Positions 10,636 through 18,886 of a DNA stretch of 64,000 bases are shown here, one piece after another. Position 1 is the stretch's first letter. Every line of letters starts with the position of its first letter. The notes below the pieces were generated by a model. The model made no database searches, was not told where the DNA came from, and saw only the letters and a program-made list of their open reading frames with translations. The DNA is from Longimicrobiales bacterium (GTDB lineage: Bacteria > Gemmatimonadota > Gemmatimonadetes > Longimicrobiales > Gaopeijiaceae): assembly GCA_965204735.1 (NCBI GenBank), contig OZ242008.1:2048001-2112000 (forward strand), read 5' to 3'. The translations under genes and the position numbers were made by a program.

Positions 10636-13581
10636 TCAGCCGACCGGCCTGCCGTGGCGGTCCAGCATGATCGGCGCTCCCAAGCCCAGCGACGAGAGGC
10701 GAGCCGCTTGGGTGTCGGCGTCGCCCACCACGAGCCATACCATGCCGGCCGGGTCGAGGTGCCGGGCCGCCAGCTCGCGGACGCGCTCCACCGTCATCTC
10801 GCGGACGATCCGTTCGCGCTGCAGCACGTAGTCGGGCTCGAAGCCGTAGACGCTGACGGCGCGGACCACGCCGAGCTTGGCGCCCAGGGTCTCGAAGGCC
10901 CGGGCGTTGGCGCGGAGCAGGAAGCCCTGGGTGGTCTCCAGGTCCTGGGCGTCGAACTCGGGTCCGTGGCGCTCGACGATCTCCTTGATCAGCTCCAGCG
11001 ACTCCAGGGTGACGTTGGAGCGCACCGAGGAGCGGATCGAGAAGGGGCCGGGCAGGTCGGTGCCCTGGAAGCCGGAGCCGATCCCGTAGGTGTACCCCTT
11101 CCCTTCCCGCAGCTCCAGGGTCAGCTCGGACGCGAAGCCGCCGCCGCCCAGGCGGAAGTTCATGACGGTGGCCGGGTAGTAGGCGTCGTCGGTCTGGGCC
11201 AGCGCGAGGCGGCCGATCGCCAGCACCGACTGGCTGGAGCCGGGGACGTCGACGAAGTAGACGCCGGCGCGGTCCGGAGACCACATGGGCGGCGGCGGGA
11301 AGTCGGGGGCGGGGGCGGGCGTCCAGCGCTCGGCCAAGCGGGCGAGAGGGGCCGTCGCTTCCTCCTGGGAGACGGCCCCGGCGACGTGGAAGGCCGCCAG
11401 CGAGGGCACGAGGGCCGTCCGGTGGTACGCCCTCAGATCGTCCAGGGTGACGGCGGCCACCGACTCCAGGGTGCCCGCGGCGGGCTCGGCCAGGACCTGG
11501 TTGCCGTAGAGCAGTCGAGCGAAGGCGCGGGCGGCGATGCCGTTGGGGCTCGCTTCCTGTCGCCGGATGCCGTTCTCCACCCGCTGGCGGGCGAGGGCGA
11601 AGCGCTCCGGGTCGAAGCGGGGCTCCAGCAGGACTTCTTCCACCAAGGCGATCGTCTCGGCGTAGTTGCGGGCCAGCACGCTGCCGGAGACGGTGAAGCT
11701 CTGGGAGCCGGAGGACACGCTGATCGAGGCGCCCAGGAGGTCGATGGCGTTCTCCAGCTCCTCGGGGGTGCGATGGGCGGTGCCTTCCAGCATCGTCTCG
11801 GCCAGCAGGTTGGCGACGCCGAGGCGGGTCGGGTCTTCCAGGAGCAGGCCGCCGCGGAAGCGCAGCTCGAAGGCGACGACGGGGATCTCGCGGTCCTCGA
11901 TGCCGAGGGCGGGAACTCCGGTCGAGGCGGCGGACGAGGCGCCGGCAGCGGGGGGCGGTTGGCTGGCGGTCGAGGCGGGCTCGCCGGGGACGCCCACGAC
12001 GGTCCGCCAAACTTCGGGCGCCCGCAGCGTGGGGGACGGGCCGAAGGGAGGCTCGATCGAGCGGTCGAAGGCGCCCTGGGGAGTGCGCTCCTCGCCTCGG
12101 ACCACCGTGAACTCGGCTTCGGCGCCCTGGACGATCGGCTCCTCGACCACTTCGGCGCGCTGGGACCCGTCAATGGCCAGCGGGGCCTCGCCTCTGGGGA
12201 CGAAGCTCGTCGCCACGTAGGGCTTGCCGGCGACATAGGTCTCGTACACGCGCATCACGTCGGCCTCGGTGACGGCCAGGGTCCGGCGCAGGTCCTCCGC
12301 CGCGTACCCGGGGTCGTCGGCGAAGATCGCGTACTGGGCCAGCTGGAACGCCTTGCCGAGCACGCTCGAGAGCCGCTGGTAGAACGCGGTCTCCGTCCCC
12401 GCCTTCACCCGCCTCAGCTCGGCCTCGGGGACGCCTTCCTCCTCGAAGCGACGGAACGCCGTCTCGACCGCTGCCCGCACGTCGTCCAGGTCGGTTCCGG
12501 CGAAGGCGCCGGCCTGCAGGGTGAAGCGGCCCGCCAGCTCCTGCGAGGCGTTGAAGGCGGACACCGACGGCGCGAGCTGCTCTTCCTCCACCAGGACCCT
12601 GTGCATGGGGGTGGACTTGCCGTCGGTCAGGAGGGCGGCCAGCGCCGCCAGCGGGTAGGAGTCGGGGTGGTAGAGGGGGACGGTGGGCCACGCCATGGTC
12701 AGACGGGGCAGGCGGGCGAAGTTGTCCTCGTGGAAGAGGAGCCGGGTCTCGGCGAGCTCGACGGCGGGCGGGTCCAGCGTCGGCGGCGTCTCGCGGGCCG
12801 GTATCTCGCCGAAGTACTTCTCGATCCACTCCCGGGTCCGTCCCACGTCGACGTCGCCGGCCACCACCAGCGTCGCGTTGTTGGGGCCGTACCAGAGGGC
12901 GTGGAACTCCTTGGCGTCGGCGAGGGTCGCAGCGTCCAGGTCCGCCAGCGAGCCGATCACCTGCCACCGGTAGGGGTGCCCTTCGGGGTACAGCGCTTGG
13001 TCCACGACGAAGTTGGTGTGGCCGTAGGGTCGGTTGTCCACGCCCTGGCGCTTCTCGTTCTTGACGACCTGCTTCTCCTTGGCGACCACCGATTCGGTGA
13101 CGGTGTTGATGAAGAATCCCAGCTTGTCGGCCTCGGCCCACAGCGCCTTCTCCAGCCCGTCGATCGGCACCACTTCGAAGTAGTTGGTGCGGTCGCGGCT
13201 CGTGGAGCCGTTGGTGGAGCTGCCGATGCGGGTCATGAGGCGGTCGAGTCCGCCGGCGCCCAGGTTCTCCGAGTCCAGGAAGAAGAGGTGCTCGAAGAGG
13301 TGGGCGAACCCGGTGCGCCCCTCGATCTCGCGGGCCGAGCCCACGTGGAAGGTCATCGCCACGGCGGCCACCGGGTCGGAGCGGTCCACGTGGAGGACGA
13401 CTTCCAGTCCGTTGTCCAGCTCGTAGCGCTCGAAGTCGATGGAGACCGGAGCGTCGCCGCGGGGAGAGAGGTCGCAGGCGGCGGCCAGTAGGGGGAAGAG
13501 GAGGCTGGAGGCGGCCCGGCCGGTGCGAACCAGTGGGCCGGGCCAGGAGGTGGCGCGGGAACGGGAGCGGCGTGCGGTCAT
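10636..13581 (-). CDS. M16 family (pitrilysin/insulinase) zinc protease, probable lipoprotein
   Basis: Inverted zinc motif GFAHLFEH, NGSTSRDRTNY, duplicated M16 halves, lipobox-like LAAAC. Confidence 0.92.
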   Translation of the reverse strand: MTARRSRSRATSWPGPLVRTGRAASSLLFPLLAAACDLSPRGDAPVSIDFERYELDNGLEVVLHVDRSDPVAAVAMTFHVGSAREIEGRTGFAHLFEHLFFLDSENLGAGGLDRLMTRIGSSTNGSTSRDRTNYFEVVPIDGLEKALWAEADKLGFFINTVTESVVAKEKQVVKNEKRQGVDNRPYGHTNFVVDQALYPEGHPYRWQVIGSLADLDAATLADAKEFHALWYGPNNATLVVAGDVDVGRTREWIEKYFGEIPARETPPTLDPPAVELAETRLLFHEDNFARLPRLTMAWPTVPLYHPDSYPLAALAALLTDGKSTPMHRVLVEEEQLAPSVSAFNASQELAGRFTLQAGAFAGTDLDDVRAAVETAFRRFEEEGVPEAELRRVKAGTETAFYQRLSSVLGKAFQLAQYAIFADDPGYAAEDLRRTLAVTEADVMRVYETYVAGKPYVATSFVPRGEAPLAIDGSQRAEVVEEPIVQGAEAEFTVVRGEERTPQGAFDRSIEPPFGPSPTLRAPEVWRTVVGVPGEPASTASQPPPAAGASSAASTGVPALGIEDREIPVVAFELRFRGGLLLEDPTRLGVANLLAETMLEGTAHRTPEELENAIDLLGASISVSSGSQSFTVSGSVLARNYAETIALVEEVLLEPRFDPERFALARQRVENGIRRQEASPNGIAARAFARLLYGNQVLAEPAAGTLESVAAVTLDDLRAYHRTALVPSLAAFHVAGAVSQEEATAPLARLAERWTPAPAPDFPPPPMWSPDRAGVYFVDVPGSSQSVLAIGRLALAQTDDAYYPATVMNFRLGGGGFASELTLELREGKGYTYGIGSGFQGTDLPGPFSIRSSVRSNVTLESLELIKEIVERHGPEFDAQDLETTQGFLLRANARAFETLGAKLGVVRAVSVYGFEPDYVLQRERIVREMTVERVRELAARHLDPAGMVWLVVGDADTQAARLSSLGLGAPIMLDRHGRPVG

Positions 13582-13682
13582 GACGGCTTTCTCCGGCGTG
13601 TGTCGGCTGGCTGGCGAGTCCCGTGAATGAAAGGTACCAACTCGGTCCCATCCAGCCATGTAGACGCCCATCGGCGGTCGCA

Positions 13683-14843
13683 ATGGTTAAGGACCAGCCC
13701 ACCTTGCACACATACGGACCGGAGATGGAGAAGTTGCCCGACCGAACATCTTCCCCGGAGGAAGTCCGCCGCAAGGCGATCCATCAGCCCAAGGACAAGA
13801 ACGCCAAGGAGTTCTACGGCGACCCCGCCATGACGCGGGAGTTCCTCGACAAGCACCTCCCGCGCGATCTGCTGCCCAAGGTCGACGTTTCAAGAGTCGT
13901 CAAGGCGTCGACGGAGTACATCGATCCCAAGTTCCGGACCGCCCGCTACGTGGACTTGGTGTGGAGGGTGCCCTTCCGCGAATCCTGGCTCTACCTCCTC
14001 GTCCTCTTCGAGGCCCAGTCCACCGTGGACTGGCAGATGCCGGTCCGGATCCTCCTCGAGGTGGCTCTCTTGTACCAGGAGGCTCTCAAGGACCCGCAGG
14101 TACAGAGGAAGAAGCGGCTGCCGCCGGTGCTGCCGATCGTCGTCCACGTGGGAACGGAGCCGTGGAACGTGCCCACCAGCCTCGAGGCGCTCCTGCCGAA
14201 CGAGGCGGCCTCCTTCCTGCCCTTCGCCCTGGGCGGCAGGTTCCTGCTGGTGTCGGAGGCCGATGAGGCGAGGACGCTGGAGCGGGCGGACACTCCCCGG
14301 ACGGCGGCGCTAAAGTTGCGCTACGCGCGGAACCGTCGAGAGTTTCAGGAGGCGCTGGAGACATTGCAGCAGCTGTTGCCCGAGGACAGCCCGTCGCGAC
14401 AGGCCCTGGTCGCGTGGGTGCGGAGTTCGCTGATCGACTACGGAGCCGAGGAGGAATACATGGCGGAGTTGCGGAAGCTGGAGGACCTGGGGCGCCCAGT
14501 AGTGGAGGCGTTCTGGGCCACCGAGTGGCGGGAGGCACGGCAGATGGGTCGGGAGGAAGGCCGCGAGGAGGGACGGGAGGAAGGCCGCGAGGAGGGACGG
14601 GAGGAGGGCCGCAAGGAGGGTCTCCGGGAAGGCGAGGCGCTGGCGCGACATCGGCTGCGGGCAGTGCTGGTGCGCCAAGCGCGGCAGAAGTTCGGGGCAG
14701 AGACGGCGGAGGCGATCGAGGCGGTCTTGGAGAGCGTGTCGGACGGGGAGCGCGTCGACGAAGGAGCCGACTTGGTTGTCGACTCCGACAGCGGCCGCGA
14801 CCTGCTGCCCCGGGCAGCCGGCGACGATCCCGGCTCGGGCTAG
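13683..14843 (+). CDS. Rpn family recombination-promoting nuclease / YhgA-like PD-(D/E)XK protein
   Basis: RYVDLVWRV...YLLVLFEAQS, LPPVLPIVVH.G..PW, C-terminal (GREE)n repeats; start codon uncertain (13683 or 13725). Confidence 0.85.
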   Translation: MVKDQPTLHTYGPEMEKLPDRTSSPEEVRRKAIHQPKDKNAKEFYGDPAMTREFLDKHLPRDLLPKVDVSRVVKASTEYIDPKFRTARYVDLVWRVPFRESWLYLLVLFEAQSTVDWQMPVRILLEVALLYQEALKDPQVQRKKRLPPVLPIVVHVGTEPWNVPTSLEALLPNEAASFLPFALGGRFLLVSEADEARTLERADTPRTAALKLRYARNRREFQEALETLQQLLPEDSPSRQALVAWVRSSLIDYGAEEEYMAELRKLEDLGRPVVEAFWATEWREARQMGREEGREEGREEGREEGREEGRKEGLREGEALARHRLRAVLVRQARQKFGAETAEAIEAVLESVSDGERVDEGADLVVDSDSGRDLLPRAAGDDPGSG

Positions 14844-14920
14844 CACTGGCCCGGCTCAGGGCCGCCTGGACCGTGGGCCGGCCGCTCGCCCGACGACGGC
14901 CTGCGACCATGTCCCACAGC

Positions 14921-16123
14921 CTACCTGACCGCCGGCAGGATTCGTTCTTGGAAAGCCGTCCAGCTGGAGAGCTCGGGCTGGTCGTGGAGGGTCCAGCCGT
15001 TGAAGACCGAGATCAGGTCGTGCTCGGGGGAGACGTGGAGGAACTGGCCGCCGTAGCCGTTGGCGGCGTAGACGACGGGCTCGCCGTCGCGGTGGACGGG
15101 GACCCACCACTGGTAGCCGTAGCCGGTGTCGGGGCGGTCGTTGTCGGGGGCGACGTCGGGAACGACGGGAGACGTTGAGGCCCGCACCCACGCTTCCGAG
15201 ACGATCTGCCGGCCGTTCCACCGGCCGCCGCGCAGCATGAGGTAGCCGATCCGGGCCAGGTCGTGCGGCGCCAGGTAGAGTCCCCCTTCGGTGTCGGCCT
15301 CGCCGTCGGGGGTGACCTTCCAGTAGTGCTCGTCGATCCCGATGGGGCGGAAGAGCCGCTCCGCCGCCCATTCGTCCATCCTCGTGCCCGTGGCTTCGCG
15401 GACGATCTTGCCCAGCAGGACGCTCACGCCGTCGTTGTAGTCGAAGCGGGTTCCGGGCTCTTCCGCCATGGGGCGGCCGGCGGCGTAGGCGATCCACTCG
15501 TCGCTGGCCTCGAGGACCACCGTGGGGTGGGTGGCGTCGTCGTAGGTCTGGCCGGGGGCCGCCCACTCGATCCCGCTGCGCATGGTGAGGAAGTCCTCCA
15601 GCGTCGCGGCGTCGCGCCTCGGATCCGACGTGTCGGGCTGGTAGGCCTGCAGGTAGGGCCACGCCGGGGACTCGACGCCGGGCAGGTGGCCCTCGTCCAC
15701 GGCGATGCCGAACGCCACGGACGTCACGCTCTTGGTGACGGATTGAAGGGTGTGGAGGTCGGTGTCGCGGTAGAACGGGTGCCAAGCGGGGTGGTCGTAG
15801 TTGTACTGGTGGGCGGTGGTGTCCTCTTGGGCTGCGAGGAGCTCGGCGTAGCGTTCGGCGTGGTCCCAGCGGCGGTCGGCGACGACGCGACCGTTGCGGA
15901 TGAGGAGGAAGTGGTCGATCAGGCCGTAGCGCCCGGCGTCGATGTCGGCCAGGAGGGAGTCGATGGCGGCGGGGTCCAGGCCTTCGGCTTCGGGGGTGGA
16001 GACGGGCCACTCGGCGCCGGGCCATTGGGCGGCGGGCTGCTGGGCTGGTGGGCGGCAGGCGAGGGTCGTTGGGGCGAGGGCGAGCGAGCAGGCGAGCGCG
16101 GAGGGGACCAAGTTGCGGGTCAC
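14921..16123 (-). CDS. Serine hydrolase, beta-lactamase class C-like family, probable lipoprotein
   Basis: SxxK (SVTK), FDYND, GYGYQWW, ANGYGGQ motifs; GTG start at 16123. Confidence 0.88.
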   Translation of the reverse strand: MTRNLVPSALACSLALAPTTLACRPPAQQPAAQWPGAEWPVSTPEAEGLDPAAIDSLLADIDAGRYGLIDHFLLIRNGRVVADRRWDHAERYAELLAAQEDTTAHQYNYDHPAWHPFYRDTDLHTLQSVTKSVTSVAFGIAVDEGHLPGVESPAWPYLQAYQPDTSDPRRDAATLEDFLTMRSGIEWAAPGQTYDDATHPTVVLEASDEWIAYAAGRPMAEEPGTRFDYNDGVSVLLGKIVREATGTRMDEWAAERLFRPIGIDEHYWKVTPDGEADTEGGLYLAPHDLARIGYLMLRGGRWNGRQIVSEAWVRASTSPVVPDVAPDNDRPDTGYGYQWWVPVHRDGEPVVYAANGYGGQFLHVSPEHDLISVFNGWTLHDQPELSSWTAFQERILPAVR

Positions 16124-16125
16124 GA

Positions 16126-16539
16126 CTAGCGGCGGGCGTCCAGTACGCGGACATGGCCTTGAAGGCCGTAGGCGAGGATGGCTCTGTCGGCGGTCACGAG
16201 CGGCACGCCAAGGTGTCGCGCCGTGGCGACGATGAAGCGGTCCGCGGGATCGGCGCCAAGGTCTCCCGGCAGGCCCACGCTTGCCACGGCGATGGAGGGG
16301 TCGATGGGGATCAAGCGCAATCCGGGCAGAGCGAGAGCTTCGTCCAGCCAAGCGGCGACGTCGCGCCCCAGCCGGAGACGGCCCTTTTCCGCCAGCAGGG
16401 CAACTTCCCACGGCGTGATCGCCGAAAGGCCGACGCCTCCGGCGCGCGCGGCTTGGTTGACCCGATCGCGCGCAGTTGCTCCCAGTCGCCTGCTGCCGTC
16501 CACAACCCACACGAGCACATGGGTGTCGAGGACGATCAA
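16126..16539 (-). CDS. vapC: VapC PIN-domain toxin
   Basis: IVLDTHVLVW, SAITPWEV, DPADRFIVATA, LVTAD; TTG start overlaps the antitoxin stop. Confidence 0.9.
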   Translation of the reverse strand: MIVLDTHVLVWVVDGSRRLGATARDRVNQAARAGGVGLSAITPWEVALLAEKGRLRLGRDVAAWLDEALALPGLRLIPIDPSIAVASVGLPGDLGADPADRFIVATARHLGVPLVTADRAILAYGLQGHVRVLDARR

Positions 16540-16778
16540 CGAAGCGCGGTCCAATCGGCCGGGTCGGCGGCGGGCTCGAACGGATCGTCGTAGCCGAGCA
16601 CCGATCCCCGCATGGCTCCGACCAAGAGCGGACTCCCGGCGTCGGCCGGCGCCGGCGACACGACGGCGACGGGCCGTCCGTGCCTCGTGACGACGACCGA
16701 CTCCCCGTCCCGGTTGATCTGCTTGATGACCCGAAGGCAGGTCGCCTTGAATGCCGCGGCTCCGATGGTCTTGCTCAT
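16536..16778 (-). CDS. Phd/YefM family antitoxin
   Basis: IGAAAFKATCL...VVVTRHGRPVA; translationally coupled to the PIN toxin. Confidence 0.9.
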   Translation of the reverse strand: MSKTIGAAAFKATCLRVIKQINRDGESVVVTRHGRPVAVVSPAPADAGSPLLVGAMRGSVLGYDDPFEPAADPADWTALR

Positions 16779-16824
16779 CTTCGGGTTGACCTCGCGTTCG
16801 CAGGAACGAAAAATGGACACGATA

Positions 16825-16854
16825 AAGGTACGTAACGTTTCCGTCGAAGGTCAA
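16825..16854 (-). promoter_or_regulatory. Putative sigma70 promoter of the TA operon
   Basis: Minus strand TTGACC-N18-TACCTT with a TACGTA palindrome overlapping the -10 region (possible antitoxin operator). Confidence 0.5.
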
Positions 16855-17021
16855 TGGGGGCGTCGACCTGGGCCGCGCAGGACGACCGGCGAGAGGGGGC
16901 GCGGCAGCCGCGCGGCAGTATGGGAAGTGCGCCGTCGCTCGGTCGACCATAGCTTTACGGGACTCGCGTGCGTCCGCACGCCGCCGACCGCATCGCTTCC
17001 AGAAGGAGTTCGACCCGAAAG

Positions 17022-17669
17022 ATGAAGATCCGACACGCGTTCCCGTCCCCCGCCCTTCTCCCGTCCCTGGTCGCGCTGGCCAGCTTTGGCTGGGCGTGCG
17101 CCCCGGCCGCCGAGGAAGCCTCCGAAGCCGGAGAGGCCTACGGCGAGGCGGGATCGTCCGCCGACGAGCACCCCGCCCCGCCGTCCGTCTTCGCCGAGAT
17201 CGAGACCGATCTGGCCACCGTGGAGGAGAAGCTGGTGGGGTTGGCGGAGGCCATGAGCGAGGAGCACTACGGCTGGCGGCCCATGGAGGGCGTGCGCTCG
17301 ACCGGGGAGCTGTTCATGCACGTCACGGCGGACAACTACCTGCTGCCGGCGATGGCGGGAACTCCGGTGCCGGAGCACACCGAGATCGTGGCCACCGACT
17401 ACCAGTCGGTCCTAGCGTTCGAGGCCAGCATCACCGACCGGCAGGCGATCATCGACGAGATGAAGGCTTCGTTCGTCCACCTGCGGGAAGCGCTGACCGC
17501 CGTCGACCCCGCCATGGCGGGCCACGAGCTGGAGTTCTTCGGCCGGACCTCCACCGTCCAGGGGCTGTGGTTCCTGACCACCGTCCACCTCCACGAGCAC
17601 CTGGGCAACGGGATCACCTACGCCCGGGCGAACGAGGTGGTGCCGCCGTGGAGTCGGGGGGAGGGGTGA
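17022..17669 (+). CDS. DinB superfamily exported protein
   Basis: WRPMEGVRSTGELFMH and HLHEHLG...YARANEVVPPWS motifs; AAGGAG RBS. Confidence 0.85.
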   Translation: MKIRHAFPSPALLPSLVALASFGWACAPAAEEASEAGEAYGEAGSSADEHPAPPSVFAEIETDLATVEEKLVGLAEAMSEEHYGWRPMEGVRSTGELFMHVTADNYLLPAMAGTPVPEHTEIVATDYQSVLAFEASITDRQAIIDEMKASFVHLREALTAVDPAMAGHELEFFGRTSTVQGLWFLTTVHLHEHLGNGITYARANEVVPPWSRGEG

Positions 17670-18886
17670 GGGTGGCAGCCTGACAGCGCCCTACGGCTTG
17701 GCCGGCCGTCTGAAGCAACGCCGGTGAGCTCGCCGGATCCGGGTGTCTCGAAGGGTGCAACGAACCCGTCCCCAGGAGTTGCCCAGTTTCTGCCGACACA
17801 CCGGGGACGGGTTCGCCACATCCAGTATCAGATCAGAATTCCACCGCGTTCCGCGGGAGGAGAGGATCTTGGGCCGTTCCCTGCGCCGTAGCGGAGCATC
17901 AACCTCATACGCAGCGGCAACGGTTCCATCGGGTATCCGTTCGGATATCTGCTCACCTTCTTTCCTTTCTTTTTAGGAATATCTTGTCTATTTTCATATT
18001 GAAAAACTGATTATTTGATAACATATGGAGTCGTACGCTAGCGTCCATTTTTTCCTTTCGTCGAAATGGATGGTTGTTATTGTCTTGACATCCAGACTGC
18101 TTTACAGCTCGATTACTAGTTCGATTCAGCCATGATTGCTCTTGTATCTTCAGAATTCTTTACCACAAACACACGACACAGTAACGAAACATCCAAACCC
18201 TACTACTACTACATCATCGCTCCAGATACTCTACTCTACTCTTGTGGAACTCGTGTCGTTCTCAGCGCGTCGTCTGACACAGCGTCTACTACTCGGTGAC
18301 TTCTACCTCCCCTTCTGGCCAACCTACCTCTCCGCTACGGGACTGCCGGCGCAACGCGGGTCTCCGGTGCGACCGTACCTGAATCATGACCTCCTACGCT
18401 CGCTCTGTCAACCCCCCGGCATCCACGCCATTGCCAAGCGTTCGGTAGGGCCGCAACCTGGGAGGGCGAGGTGCGAGGGTCGGACGTCTCGGGGCTCGTG
18501 TGCGAACTACGACTATCGGCGACGATAGGATTCAATTCGACCGCAGTGGAGGCCGGGACCATGGACGCAGTGAAGGCCGGGATCATGGAATCCTCGCGGC
18601 ACCCGTCAATCAGTTCCGAGGCGCGGGGCTCTCGGGAGAACCACGAGGCCATTCCCTCCTCCGTTCGCCAACCGTCGGAACGGACCGGAGCCGTGGGATG
18701 CGGTGAACACTCCCACCGGCAACGTGTTCGGCGCGCTCACGGTGAGCGTCCGTCGCTTCGGGTCGGCTCGGCGGTCCAGGGAGCCGCGGGTCCTGGCCCT
18801 GCACCTCCCCGGTCGCCCGGGCAACCGGTTCTTCTGGCCCTGGACCAGCCAGACGGTTGCCACCGTGGAGCGGCAGGAGACGTGAG

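Noticed and set aside
8186..12010. 1274-aa ORF as one giant protein
   Set aside because: The upstream part is an alternative frame of the M16 peptidase; the RBS and signal peptide place the start at 10525
91..13491. Long antisense and alternative-frame ORFs (e.g. 91-2499, 8036-10831, 10447-13491)
   Set aside because: Shadow ORFs expected in high-GC DNA, opposite well-supported genes and lacking motifs
14548..14625. 12/24-bp tandem repeats in rpn
   Set aside because: They encode the (GREE)n tract typical of Rpn C-termini; not a separate element
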